DNA of 64,000 nt, from NCBI RefSeq assembly GCF_963921235.1, contig NC_086107.1:93126001-93190000 (forward strand). Direction: 5' to 3'. The notes below the pieces were generated by a model. The model saw only the letters and a program-made list of their open reading frames with translations, had not been told where the DNA came from and made no database searches. Position numbers and translations under genes: made by a program. Numbering within the stretch: position 1 is the stretch's first letter; the number at the start of each line of letters is the position of its first letter. Below, one piece after another: positions 12,176 to 25,330 of this stretch. This stretch comes from Mobula hypostoma (lineage: Eukaryota).

Positions 12176-14764
12176 AGGACACCACAAGAGTACAATAAAA
12201 TAGAACCAGGCTCCTCAAGCCTATCCAAACATTTAGTATGATTATGGGTGATCTGTGCTGGATTCTATTCCTCTTCTCTGCCAGCTTCCCATCGCTCTTG
12301 ATTCTTCGATCTTTCAAATATTTATCCAACTCCATCTTAAATATACCTAATGACCTGGCCTCTACCATCTTTCTTGTCTGGGTCCTAATAAGTTGTAGGG
12401 AGCTAACAGAACTTGTTTATGGAATTTGCTCCGTCGTTGCAGTGGGATATTACCTCCCTGAGTTTATTTCTAAATCACCTGTTTATTTCACCACAGATTA
12501 TCCTCAGTCGGATCAAAACTCAGCTACTTTACCAATAGCTCCAAATTGACATGACCCAGTTTTATTGGGTTAATCACTTGAGTTAATCTTGATAAACTAG
12601 TAAATTAAAAGCTAAGATATCTGTTGAAAAAGCTGATTGTTTGCAGCGAATTTAATTAGTTTATTCCTCTATCTTTAATCTTCATTTTCGTGGTGACTCT
12701 TTATGCACTTTACCACTGTATCTACCGTGGGTACAATTTGTGTCTGACCATCTTCACTATTCTATACTGCTCTCCAGAAATAACTGACTTACAAGGAGCT
12801 GTCTGGAGCAATATCTTCCCTAGTTAAGTGACTTTGCATGTGAACTATTCCGAATTTGCTGAAAGGACACTACACCAGGAGGGATACTGCCAATGTGGTC
12901 ACACTTAAATGATTTGCAAAAGTGGTTCTGAACTGCAAACAGAGATGATAACTATGGCAAATGTTCTTCTCAAATGGCCAGTGTTGACTAAGCTGATTGC
13001 ACTCTCTGTCCACCATTTGATAAATATCAACTAACTGATATCAATAAAAGTACCACCCAGGAGCTCCCTTCTCAGGATTAACCCTTTAATATAGGAGTGA
13101 GGAGGTGTCAGTATTGTAAAGCTACCATCCTTCCTGAGAGAGGAACATGTAAATATTGTTAACAGCAATGTAGAAGCATCCATCTTTCAATAACGGAGAT
13201 AGATTCCCTCTATCTATCAATGAATCTATCTATCTGAATATATAGTATACATTATATGTTCTCTATATGTGTATGTATATGTGTGTGTACGTGTGTATAT
13301 ATGTGTATGTGAGTGTGTGTGTGTACCTGTGCTGCATGAGTGCAAATATGTGTGTGTGCCTTATGTTAGTTAAATTAAAAGTTTCATCTTATTTAAATTA
13401 AATTACATTATTTAAATTAACTCCCTCCATCACAGAGTTGTTTCACCTTCTAAACACATTTACAGCCGCTTTCAAATCCTGAAAAATCACTGCACATACA
13501 AACAAACTGTAGATAAGTTTGGCCATTCTTCTAACGTAAAATTTGAGTCCATTTGTTCTAGCAAGTCTCAGAAATCCCCCTTCACCGAATACTGCTTTTT
13601 GATGATAACCTGTTAGCCAGTCTACGGTGGATTTCCAATATGTTCAGATACAAAGGGAGCATGGTAATGGTTTACCACCAAACAGGAGTTTATCTTTTTC
13701 CCCTCTGATTTAATTGTGAACATTGCTTATATTATTTTAAAGGATGAGTTAATGGGTTAATTATGAGGTTATAAATGTAAGCAATACAATGACCTTAAAA
13801 CTGACTTCCAGGATGCAAATCTGAAAATTACTGGATAGAAGTGTGTTGCATATTTAATAGTAAAATGCTAATAATTAAAGAGGAGGTGAGACTGCTGGAG
13901 GGTCTATTATTCAAGACGGAAAGTCACTCTGTGTGTAAGAAGAATAGGAGGAGGTGGACATCGTGGTGAAAATATTCCATTAACTATCTCAGGCCCTTTA
14001 GCATTCACATATTACTATAGTGTATGTGAGAGAAAATGAAGGAGGAAAGAAGGAATAAAAGGGTGAGAGAGGACAAAGAAAGAAGGCTGGAAAAGAGGGT
14101 AAGAGAAACAGGAAGAGAGTTAGAGAGACAGCACTGGACTGAGAGGGAGGGGTGGGATTGGAGAAGAAATGAATTGAATAGATGAACAGGGACTGAGTTT
14201 GGAAAGATGGGAGGAAAAAGAAAAGGAAAAAAGAAGTAAAGAATGGGAAATTCACTCAACTTCACTGGTCCCATTATAGAAATGTCCCCACAACCTATAC
14301 ACTCACCTTCAAGGACTCTTCATCTCATGTTCTTGATATTTATTGTTTACGTATATATTTATCTGCACAGTTGGTTGTCTTTTGCACACTGGTTGATTGG
14401 GTTTATTGAGCATGCCCGCAAGAAAATGATTCCCAGGGTCGTATGTGCTGACCTTTATGTACTTTGACAATAAATTTACTTTGGACTTTGAAATAAAAGG
14501 AAGAGAATAGAGTAAAGAACAGGAGAGATTCAAGAGTGCAGAAAGATAGAGTAAGTAGAGGGAGAAAGAATGAGAAATGAAAAAATAGATTAGAAGCGAG
14601 AGGAAAGAGAGTCTGCTCGAAATTGCAGAAAATGAAAGTTATATATAGAGAGGGGGAAAACAGGGCGTGGGCAGTTATAATAATTAAAGCAGGAACATTA
14701 GTGACTTACATAGAAGGAGGATAGAAGGGGTAAACATAACTGCTTCAAATGGAAAAGCAACGAA

Positions 14765-15030
14765 ACTGTGTCCGGCCAGGCAGAGGAAGCTGGCAAGCCA
14801 GTCACACACAGAAATGCAGCGATTAGACAAGAAGCAAGAGCGGATCTCTTAAGTCGAGGCAGAAAGGAGCAGCGATCCGGAAAGAATTGGACTAAAGAAT
14901 ACCTACATCACAAAAGAGAAATAATCTGCAGAGAGGGAGGGGCCGATCAAGCAGAGTCTACGTTGGCTGAAGATGTAGACTGCCTGCATCACAATTTCAA
15001 CAGGTTTACTCTCTGCTCGGTGAAGCAACA
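14765..15030 (+). other. Candidate non-coding first exon
   Basis: Ends at gcaaca|GTAAGT (donor 15031-15036) inside the CpG island. The start is uncertain and no protein is recognisable. Confidence 0.35.
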
Positions 15031-15925
15031 GTAAGTGCCCACACCGTCAGTGAACTGCTTACTGAGGCTAAACCTCCGAATTATGTTGCTCATAACACGT
15101 CTGAGCTTCATTTTTCAAATAAATGCTTTAGAAAATCAGCTCTATTTTTACGCAAAACTGCTTGTTCAGAGTTGCCTGATCATTTTAAGTTTTAAGATTG
15201 CAACGGGAAATGTTCATGAAATATTGGACACAGAAAAAGACATTGCCTTACCTGTGCATCTTTATCCTCCGATGCAACTCTTTTTGTTTGTCCTTGCTTG
15301 ACACTCTTAACTTGACACAAACACTAGCTTGCAAAGCAAAAATGTTTAATTCATCGATCGCAGCGATTTTTCTAACGCCCCCACCCCACCAACCCACCAA
15401 CCTTTCAAACCGTATCCAACTCACACTCCCCCGCACTATGGCACGAGCATTTAGAAGTCAATCTTGAAGCTGTTATACCAACTGGTTTTCCTGGAGTTTT
15501 TAAGGGATATTCTCCTTTTTTTTATAGGCGGGTAAAACCCGGTTATTTTTGACTGCTGTTTCCATTTTTGGACATGCTAAAAATTGCACAATCGAAAGAC
15601 GCTCACTTGACTGATACGTAAGGTTGGAATCATTAAATATGCATTAACTTTTTTTTTATTCTTGCGTAGTCCCTGCAGGATTCTGGCGAAATCCGTGTCA
15701 GAATTGTAAGAATGTAGTAGCTCCATTGAGAAAACGAGATCGCTATATCTCTACCTGAATATCGCTCTCTCTCATTCTACTTGCTAATCTCATTTTCCTG
15801 ATTTACTGAGAAATATATTGGATATAGTTTTATTTCGCTTTTCAATTTAGTTTATCCTAATAGTACACGCACCAAAAGCTAAAAAAAAAATTGCTGAGAG
15901 GCATTTTCATAAATGCAAAGGGCAC

Positions 15926-15946
15926 TTCAGGACCACGGATAGCTCG
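15926..15946 (+). promoter_or_regulatory. RE1/NRSE-like (REST-binding) element
   Basis: TTCAGGACCACGGATAGCTCG matches the canonical TTCAGCACCACGGACAGCGCC at 17/21 positions with canonical half-site spacing. Confidence 0.6.
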
Positions 15947-18297
15947 TAGCTCAGTGTTTACTTTCAGGGCGATTTAACAAGTTAGAATTCAGCATACCAA
16001 TTTTTGTGTAGATTGGGATTATAAAATTTACAGTACTGGATTAATGACCCAATAGAAACACCGAAGCTTGTAGAAAAGTATGTTGCAAATCTTTATTCGG
16101 AAACTGGGTTCGCTGATTTATTCTACTTACATTTTCTGAACTGGGGTGGCGATTTATATATATGTATAAAGGGCTGCGGATTAATGTTAGAAACAGGCAC
16201 GAGATGGGATGAAAAATCTACCTCCCACTGACCATAAAAAAGACATTGGAATGTGTGGCTCCAATCCACAAAGATAGAAAGAGAGAGGGAGAGAGGTGTG
16301 GGAGGAGGGAAAGGGGATCGCAACAACATCTGGATTTTGAGAGCGACGTTTCGATCCCAATCTACCCAAAATTTGCATTGAACTTGATCCATTTCACACA
16401 TCCAAGAAGCTCCCAGATCGCCAGGCGCTTTTATGATTAGCTGGGAATTGATTCCTCGAAGCCTGACGCATGTCTTATGCCAATGACGTAATTCCCATTC
16501 TGTGGGGATCTTAGTGCACATCTCCCGCTCCCCAAACCAGTAGACCCCCGACAGGACCATGCACAACCACTTGCATGGAAAGTCCCACACTTCCCTGAAG
16601 GGCCTCCCCTGCCCTTTCCACAACCACTCATATTCACTCCCAGTGTTATTTTAAAAAGGTTGACCGAGGAAGGTTTAATAAGCGGGAGGGATGGACGAAA
16701 AAAAAACACCGAGAGGCAAAAGAGAAAAGCCGAGGAAGCGGGGGATATGATGGAAAAGACAAGGATAGAGAGTAAAAAAAAAGTGAGGAATATATTGTGA
16801 CAAAAATGGTAGCTTTCATAAGGCATCGATTGCTAAAATGAGGATTAATTCACTTAATTTCTCAGTGAAGCCGGCTGTCTCTGGTAGTGACGTAAATCGC
16901 AGAAACCCTGACTACAGTTTCCTATTCCAACGCCCACACATGCAGCCTAGCCGCCCACGGACTGACCGAGAGAGAGAGAGAGAACGAGTGGGAGGGAATA
17001 AAAGCAAAGGCACAGTAAAGAGGAAGATATACGAAGGGGGTGGGGGGGGGAGGAGGAAGGAATAGAAAGAACAAAAAGAGAGTAAAGAGAAAGAAAGAAG
17101 ATTGATTAAAAAAGTGATGTTAAAGCCCTGCAAAATGTTTTATTAACGCAGCGGGAGCGAGAGTATGAAAGGGAATATTAGATTAACAAGAACCGAGTCG
17201 CTCGGAGGAAGGTGGGAACAAGGGGGGAACCACCCACGTCAATACAGCATAATGTCAGTCAAAAACAGGAGATCGAGTTACATTAGAATATTGGTCAGGG
17301 TTTTTGAAAAAATTCTAAAGAAAAACAGAAAATACAGATCGGTTTCTTTTGTGTAACACTGCCCTTACCGAGTTATTGTCAGCAATAGTTTTCCGTGGCA
17401 TAAGGAGAAATGGCAGGTTGGGCCATTGATGTCATTGGTAATTATCAGCAGATCGCAGACGAACGTTACAGAGATTAATTTCTAAGTTATTTTGCTGTTT
17501 TGCAGAATAAAAGTTGGGCGTGTCCCCCGATCACTTTTTGACACATGCCTGCCCTTATTGATAAATCAGAATTGTTGGTACCTTTTGTAAAGATCTCGAT
17601 TAATTTGCAAACAATAAATGTAATTATCTGTAGGTGGACACACTTGGCATTCTGAAGTTTGTGTCTTCATGGCGAAGATGGTCTTCATTGAGAAAATGGG
17701 ATTCCCGACGGACCTGCTCCCTAGGCTCTCAGTTCTGTGTGTACTAGGGCACCAGGTGATGATGAGTGACAAAGTTACCAGAAGAGAGGATACGTGGGTG
17801 TGGAGATGCAGTCCAGCTCTACCACATCCCTGGCTTAAAAACGTGGCAAGAAACTAATTCGTTGGACTGTAATGTACTGGGAGAATTGTGAACTCTTTCG
17901 CCTCCACATCTTATCAGTAACCATTTCAGAAGTATGGCACTTTGAAATAACAAAAGTTTCATTAGTAAGGAATATTTCCTCCTGTGCTTGCAACTCCCCA
18001 AAAGAATGGGAACTAGAGGGAATGTTGTCAGGGAGTGGTGTCTTAGGGTTGGATAGAAACAGGTGTAACTCTGTTGTTCAGAGGGGATAAGCCCAGCAAA
18101 TAAGGAATGGTCAGTGTAAGAATATAAGACCATAAGATATAGGAGCAAAGTTGGGCCATTCATCCCATCATGTCTGCTCCACTATTATATCACTGAGATT
18201 TAACCTTAGTGGAAGAAGAGCTTTCGGAAACATTGATGCAGAACAGGACTGACGGGGTGGGAGGGTGGGTGGAACAATTAAAGACAGCCAGCTCTGA

Positions 18298-18718
18298 TGT
18301 GACCTTGTTGTGGTTTGGAGGCTTGTGTGCTTCAGTGACCTGGAGAACTATGTTGGCTGGAGTCGGGGCTTTATTATGCTTTAGCTCTTGGTAGTGTCAC
18401 CCATGCCAAACAGATCAAATATTAGAAGCCAGGCTAAATGTGATCTATCGGACCTCCAGGTCTGGGGGGGGGGGGGGGATGGTTCAGCTCAGGGTAATGG
18501 CACTGACTGATAAAACAAAATTGCTACGGAAACAGCAATGAAGAATCCTTCTACATCTGAGTGTGACGGTATTCCTGAGTCTTCACCTGGGACTTGCATG
18601 ACTGACAGTAGCGAAAACCAAGAGGAAGCTACTGACATGATGAAGGACACCTTAAACACCATGAGAGTTGGAAGACTTTCATTGCTGCCCTAAAAGCCAG
18701 TGGCATAATGGGCAGTAA
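18298..18718 (+). mobile_element. Internally deleted RTE (Expander/Rex3-like) non-autonomous element
   Basis: 5' accttgttgtggtttggaggcttgtgtgcttcagtgacc...cacccatgccaaacag joined to the RTE 3' end ttcattgctgccctaaaagccagtggcataatgggcagtaa. Confidence 0.6.
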
Positions 18719-19099
18719 CACAGATCTGATGTGAAGGACAAACCAATCTGACAGTCTTGGTAACAGACAAAGTTGATGAGGGTAAAGTCATCAATATGGT
18801 GCGCAAGAACTTCCATGGGTCTTCCAGTTATATAGTCAAACAACATGGAAACAAGCCATCCAACCCACTATGTCCATACCTACCAGTGGGCACCCAACCA
18901 TATTGATCCTCTTTTCCAGCACATTGCATGGACTCAATGTAAATACAGTGTTCCCTACAGATCAGTGTTGTCACCTCAGTTTTTACTGGTCTATCAAAAC
19001 AAAGCAGATTTTGTGGTGCAGACCACAATTTGATCCAATGCGGATAACAGGGATGAGCTTAAATGGGCACCTTGATCAGATTGAGCCATTGGGCCAAAG

Positions 19100-19650
19100 G
19101 GTATTTTGTGTGTTTCCAGTTGCTAAATTCTTAGAAAAATGTAAAAATATCAGAGAGGGTCCAGAAATGATTCAGGAGAATACTTGCCTGAAGTGAAGGA
19201 CTACAGTTTCAAGAATATATTACAGAGACCGGGACTGCGTTACTTTGAGAAAAGGGAAGAACTATAGGAAGGATGAGGGTTTGGACAAGGTGGATATATG
19301 GATGTTATTGAAATTGAAAGGCCAAGGGAGAGTATACTTGGAGAGGATGTTTTCAGTAGTGTGAGATTCTAGGAGCAGAAGGCACAATCTCAGAATAGAA
19401 GGACATCCCTTTAAAACAGGCATGAGGAGGTATTTCTTTAGCCAGAGGGGCATGAATCTGTGGAATTCATTTCCATAGAGGGCCGTAGAAGGTATATATA
19501 AAGCAGAGTTCATGAGTTCATTAGTACGGTTGTTAGCTATGGAGAGAAGGCACGAGAATAGGATTGAGAGGGAAAATACATCAACCATGATGGAATGACA
19601 GAGCAGACTTGATGGGCTGAGTGGCCTAATTCTGCCCCTATGTTTTATGG
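19100..19650 (+). mobile_element. Degenerate CR1 3' fragment(s)
   Basis: ggcacaatctcagaatagaaggacatccc and the 3'UTR gggctgagtggcctaattctgc. Confidence 0.75.
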
Positions 19651-20014
19651 TTTACAGGCAGTTCCCTTTGGTGGGGGTGGAAGATGACAGGCATAAAGAA
19701 AAGAGAAGGGTTGCGACTGGCATGAGTTAAACTACTAACGACGCGTGTGTTTAGAATTGGGAATGCATCGCAGGTGTGACGGAGAGAGGTTCCTTCAGGA
19801 GGGAAATGGATAAACATAGAGTGAAGAAATAATTGCATGGCTGTGGAGGAAGTGCTGAGAGCCAGCACAGATATGATAGGCCAAAGTCCCTCTTTCAGTG
19901 CTGTAATCATTCTATGATTCTACAAACATATTAAAAGGAAGGACGATGAGTTCAGACTTTAAGACACCTTGTAAGTTGTTAATCCATTTGTCGCACTGCA
20001 CTGAATTTATTGAA

Positions 20015-20322
20015 GATTAGCATTATTTGTCACATGTGCATTGTAACATCAAAACATGCAGTGAAATGCATCATTTGTGTCAACGACAAACACAGTCCAA
20101 GGACGTGCTGGGGGCAGCCTGCAAGCGTCACCATGTTTCTGGCACCAGCATAGCATACCCACGACTTACCAACTCTCATCGGTACGTCCTTGGAATGTGG
20201 GAGCACCCAGGGAAGACCCACTGAGTCACGGGAAGAAAATGCAACCTCCTTACAGACAGTGGCGGAAACTGAACGCTGAACGCTAATGCTGTAAGGTGTC
20301 ATGCTTACTGCTGCCCTACCAT
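20015..20322 (-). mobile_element. V-SINE, tail type 2
   Basis: Same architecture as 5715-6028. Confidence 0.75.
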
Positions 20323-20621
20323 GATTACCCATCTCACTTCAGAACTGCAGCAAACCTTGAGTACAAGAGTTCATCTGATACCCCTTCCCATTCCTACTTC
20401 CTCAATAATAAAACTTGCTATAAATGTCTAATCCCTCACCTTACTCATATTCCTTATGCACAGCTCATATTCTCTGGATGTCGGAGGTTGAGGGAAGATC
20501 TGACAGCAGTTCATAACATTATGAGAGCTATAGTTAGGGTGGACGGTATCTTTTTGTTCTCACGTGGAAGTGTGAAATAGAACTATTCAGCACAAGATCA
20601 AGCCTTTCAGCTCACAATATC

Positions 20622-21375
20622 TGAATGGTGTCAAGTTAGGAAAAGGGGAAGTACAAGGAGATCTAGGTGTCCTTGTTCATCAGTCACTGAAAGTAAGCAT
20701 GCAGGTACAGCAGGCAGTGAAGAAAGCTAATGGCATGTTGGCCTTCATAACAAGGGGAGTTAAGTATAGGAGCAAAGAGGTCCTTCTGCAGTTGTACAGG
20801 GTCCTGGTGTGACCACACCTGGAGTATTGTGTGCAGTTTTGGTCTCCAAATTTGAGGAAGGACATTCTAGTTATTGAGGGAGTGCAGCGTAGGTTCACGA
20901 GGTTAATTCCCGGGATGGCGGGACTGTCATATGTTGAAAGCTTGGAGCGACTGGGCTTGTACACTCTGGAATTTAGAAGGATGAGAGGGTATCTGATTGA
21001 AACATATAAGATTATTAAGGGATTGGACATGCTAGAGGCAGGAAACATGTTCCCGATGTTGGGGGAGTCCAGAACCAGAGGCCACAGTTTAAGAATAAGG
21101 GGTAGACAATTTAGAACGGAGTTGAGGAAAAACTTTTTCACCCAGAAAGTTGTGGTTCTGTGGAATGCTCTGCCTCAGAAGACAGTGGAGGCCAATTCTC
21201 TGGATTCTTTCAAGAAAGAGTTAGATAGCTCTCTTAAAGATAGCGGAGTGAAGGGATATGGGGAGAAGGCGGGAAAAGTGTACTGATTGTGGATGATCAG
21301 CCATGATCACAGTGAATGGTGGTGCTAGCTCGCAGGGCTGAATGGCCTACTCCTGCACCTATCGTCTATTGTCTA
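20622..21375 (+). mobile_element. Young 5'-truncated CR1 LINE
   Basis: Open frame 20831-21286 (QFWSP..VQRRFTRLIPGM..RTRGHSLRIRG..NFFTQKVV), CR1 3'UTR and (TTGTCTA) tail. Confidence 0.92.
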
Positions 21376-21409
21376 GTATTGCGCTGAAATAATTAAGTTA
21401 TTGACACTT

Positions 21410-21730
21410 AATCCCTTCCACTTGCACATGGGTCCAGTCTCTGCACATTTGTGCGCCTAACTAAGAGCCTCTTAAATACCTCTATCATATCTGCCTCCAC
21501 CAGCACCTCAGCACCATGTTCTAAGCATTCACTGCTCTCCGGTAAAAAACATCTGCCCAAAACGTTTCCTTTGAACTTTCCCCCTCTCACCTTAAATGCA
21601 TGTCCTCTGGTATTTGGCATTTCTAACCTGGGAAAGGATTCTGAATGTGTCTATGCCTCTCGTAATTTCTATCAGGTCTCCCCTCAGCCACCACTGTTCC
21701 AGAGAGAACAACCCTTATTTATCCAACTTA
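21410..21730 (-). mobile_element. CR1 3' fragment
   Basis: NTRGHAFKVRGGKFKG motif. Confidence 0.8.
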
Positions 21731-21732
21731 GA

Positions 21733-23900
21733 TAGAAAGATAGTTCTGGTCCATGGGTTGAGGTTCTAAATTGGAGAAAGGCCAATTCTGGTGGTATCAG
21801 AAATGATCTGACAAGTGTGGCTTGGGACAGGTTGTTTCCTAGCAAAGGTGTATTTGGTAAGTGGGAGGCCTTCAAAAGCGAAATGTTGTATGTGCTTGTT
21901 AGAATAACAGGTGAAGATAGCAAGTGTAGGGAACCTTGGTTTTCAAGAGATATTGAGGCCCTGGTTAAGAGAAAAAAGGAGATGCATAGCAGGAATAGGC
22001 AGGTAGGAACAAATGCGAGAGAACAAATGTAAGAAACCAGGAGGGCTAAAAGAAGGCATGAAGTTGCTCTAGCAGACAAGGTGAAGGAGAATCCTAAGAG
22101 ATTCTACAGATATCTTAAGAGCAAGGGGATTCCAGGGGACAAATTTGGTCCTCTGGAAGATCAGTATAGTAATCCATTTGTGGCGCCAAAATAAGTGGGG
22201 AGATCTTAAATAATTTTTTTGCATCTGTACTTACTCAGGAGATGGGCACATCTATAGAGTCTGTAGAAGTGAGGCAAGCAGTATCAACTTCATGAACACT
22301 GTATAAATTGCCAGGTCTGGACGAGGTACTTGCTATCCTGAAGCAAATAAGGGTGGATAAATCACTGGGGCCTGACAAGGTATTCTCTCGGATCCTATGG
22401 GAAGCAAGTGCAGAAATTGCCAGGGTTCTAGCAGAGATATTTATATCATCCTTAGCAACATGAGAGGTACCAGAGGATTAGAGGATAGCCAGAGTTTAAG
22501 AAGGGCTCTAAATATAATCCGGGAAATTGTAGGCCAGTGAGTCTGAAATCAATTGTGAGAAAGTTATTGGAAGGTATTCTAAGTGACCGGATATATACGA
22601 TATCATAAGTATTTGGCTAAACATGGACTGATTAAGGATAGTCTGCATGGCTTTGTGAGTGGTAGGTCATATCTAACCAATCTTACAGAGTTTTTTGAGG
22701 AAGTTAACAGGAAAGTGAATGAAGGCAACGCAATGAATGTTGTCTACATGGACTTTAGCAATGCATTTGACATAGTCCTGCATGGGAGGTGGGACAAGAA
22801 GGTTCAGTTGCTCAGCATTCAAGATGAGGTAGTAAATTGGATTAGACAATGACTTTGTGGGAGAAGCTAGAGAGTGGTAGGAGAGAGTTGCCTCTTTGAC
22901 TGGAGGCTCGTGACAAGTGGTGTGCTGCAGAGATTGGTGATTGTTGATTGTTGTTTGTCATCTGTATCAGTGATCCGGATGATAATGTGGTTAACTGGAT
23001 CAGCAAGTTTGCATATGACACCAAGGTTGGGGGTGTAGTGGACAGTGAGGAAAGCAATCATGGCTTGCATTGGGACCTGCATCAGCTGGAAATATAAACT
23101 GAAAGACGGCAGGTGGAATTTAATGCAGACAAGTGTGAGGTGTTGCACTTCTGTGGGACCAACCAGGGTAGGTCCTACACAGTGAACGGTCAGGCACTGA
23201 GGAAAGTGGTAGAACAAAGGGATCTGGGAATACCGGTCCATAATTTGTTGAAAGTGGTGTCACAGGCAGATAGGGTCATAAAGAAAGCTTTTGGCAATTG
23301 GCTTTAATAAATTAATGCGTTGAGTACAGGAAATTGAATGTTATGTTGAAGTTATGTAAGACATTGGTGAGGTCTTATTTGCCGTATTGTGTGCAATTTT
23401 GGCCACCTACAGGAAAGATGTAAATGAGGGAAATTACAAGGATGTTGCTGGATCTGGAGGACCTGAGTTATAAGGAAAGATTGAATAGGTTAGGACTGTT
23501 TGCTTTAAATGTAGAAGATTGAAAGGAGATTTAATAGAAGTATACAAAATTATAGGAGTATAGATAGAATGTAAATGTAAGCAGGCTTTTCCCGCTGAGG
23601 TAGGGTGGGACTACAAACAGAAGTCATGGGTTGAGGTCAAAAGGTGAAAAGTTTAAGGGGATTATAAGGGGAAACTTCTTCACTCAGAGGGTGGTGAGAC
23701 TGTAGACTGAGCTGCCAGCACAAGTGGTGCATGCGAGCTTGACTTCAATATTTGAGAGAAATGTGGACGGGTGCATGGATGATAGGGTAGAAGGCTATGG
23801 TTTCAGTGCATATCGATGGGACTAGGCAGCTTAAACATTTTTGGCATGGACTAGATGGGCCAAAGGACCTATTTCTGTGCTGTACTTCTCTGTGACTCTC
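21733..23900 (+). mobile_element. Decayed CR1 LINE ORF2 (RT) to 3' end
   Basis: HGFVSGRSYLTNLTEFFEEV, VYMDFSNAFDIVLH and MEFNADKCEVLHF motifs with multiple frameshifts. Confidence 0.92.
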
Positions 23901-24094
23901 CTTATAGCACATGCTCACTAAACTGAACAGTGTCCTGGTGAAACATTTCTGCAGGCAATGTAAAGATATGGATCATGTGCAGGCAGAAGAGATTTAATTT
24001 AATTCAGCAGCATATTTGGCACAGACATCATGGCTGAAGGGCCTGTTCCTGTGTTATGTTGTTCTATGTTGTAATTTAAATCATCACACATGAT

Positions 24095-24540
24095 ACAAGG
24101 ATGTCGCCAGGACCTGAGGACCTGAGTTATGGGGAGAGGTTGAATAGGTGAGAACTTTATTCCCTGGAGCATAGGAGAATGAGTGGAGATTTAATAGAGA
24201 TATACAAAATCACAAGGGGTATAGATAGGGTAAATACAAGCAGGCTTTTTCCACTGAGGTTGGGTGAGACTAGAACTAGAGGTCCCAGGTTAAGGATGAA
24301 AGACGAATCATTTAAGTGGAGCCTGAGGGGGGAGCTTCTTCACTCAGAGGGTGGTGAGAGTGTGGAACGAGCTGCCAGTGGAAGTGGTGGAGGAGGCTTT
24401 GATTGCAACATTTAAGAGAAGTTTGGATAAGTACATGGATGGGAGAGGAATGGAGAGCTATCGTCTAATTGGGAGTCGATGGACGAGGCAGAATGGGCTG
24501 ACAAGCCTGTTTCTGTACTGTAGTGCTCTATGGCTCTGTG
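24095..24540 (+). mobile_element. CR1 3' fragment
   Basis: GDLIEIYKI..RLFPL..VRVWNELP. Confidence 0.85.
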
Positions 24541-24789
24541 TAATGGTGATCTGTTCTAGGTGGGCTAATTTTAAGCAGTCTGATGACAAATTGAACTTCA
24601 TGCTAACAAATACAGCAGGCCAGCTGAGCAATGCTCTCTTTGCTTTTAGGCTTGTATCATGTCCAGAAATGTTTTCTGTTCCATTCAGTCCAAACACCCA
24701 ACATTTTGTTGGTTTGGTTCCATTAAGTAAAACAAATATGAAGATTAATTAATCCACCTCTAAAAGTTGACTGATCTAATCCAACATTT

Positions 24790-25330
24790 CAATCTAAATT
24801 TATTATCTAAGTTCATATATGTCACCACATACAACCCTAAGATTAATTTTCTTGCTCAGTAAATCTATAGAATAATAACTTTAATAGAATCGATGAAAGA
24901 CCACACCAATCTGGGCATTCCACCAGTGTGCAAAAGACGCAAACTGTGCAGATACAAAAAGAAAGAAAGAATAATAATATATAAGTAAGCAATAAATACT
25001 GAGAACATGAGATGAAGAGTCCTTGAAAGTGAGTCCATTGTTGGGGGAACAGTTCAGTGATGGGGGGAGTGAAGTTAAGTGAAGTTATTCCCTCTGGTTC
25101 AGGAGCCGATGGGTGAGGGATAATAATTGCTCCTGAAGCTGGTGGTGTGAGTCCTGGGTCTCCTGTACCTTCTTCCCGATTGTAGCAGTGAGAAGGGGGC
25201 ATGTCCTGGGTGGTAGAGGTTCCTGATGATTGATGCATCTCATGTAGGTGTGCTCAATGGTGGAGGGGGTCTTTACCCAGAGTAGACTGGGCTGTATTCA
25301 CTACGTTTCACAAGAGCTTCCATTGAAGGT
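24790..25330 (-). mobile_element. Rex1/Babar LINE 3' fragment
   Basis: Reversed ORF end (ctcctgtaccttcttcccgat) and the family tail. Confidence 0.75.

Larger units (their letters stand above)
14620..17560. promoter_or_regulatory. CpG-rich, TE-free island: probable promoter / first-exon region
   Basis: CpGs are visibly frequent against depleted flanks and there are no recognisable TEs. Contains GC-box-like gggcgtggg, CCAAT, CRE-like TGACGCA/TGACGTAA, an RE1-like site and splice donors. Confidence 0.65.

Noticed and set aside
16314..16358. Small hairpin gggatcg..cgatccc as a miRNA or structured RNA
   Set aside because: The stem is only about 10 bp with a large loop and no known mature miRNA is recognisable, so it is compatible with chance.
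14620..17560. Assigning a gene name such as BDNF or GRIN2B from the RE1 plus CRE layout
   Set aside because: No recognisable exon sequence, and the motif combination is not gene-specific.
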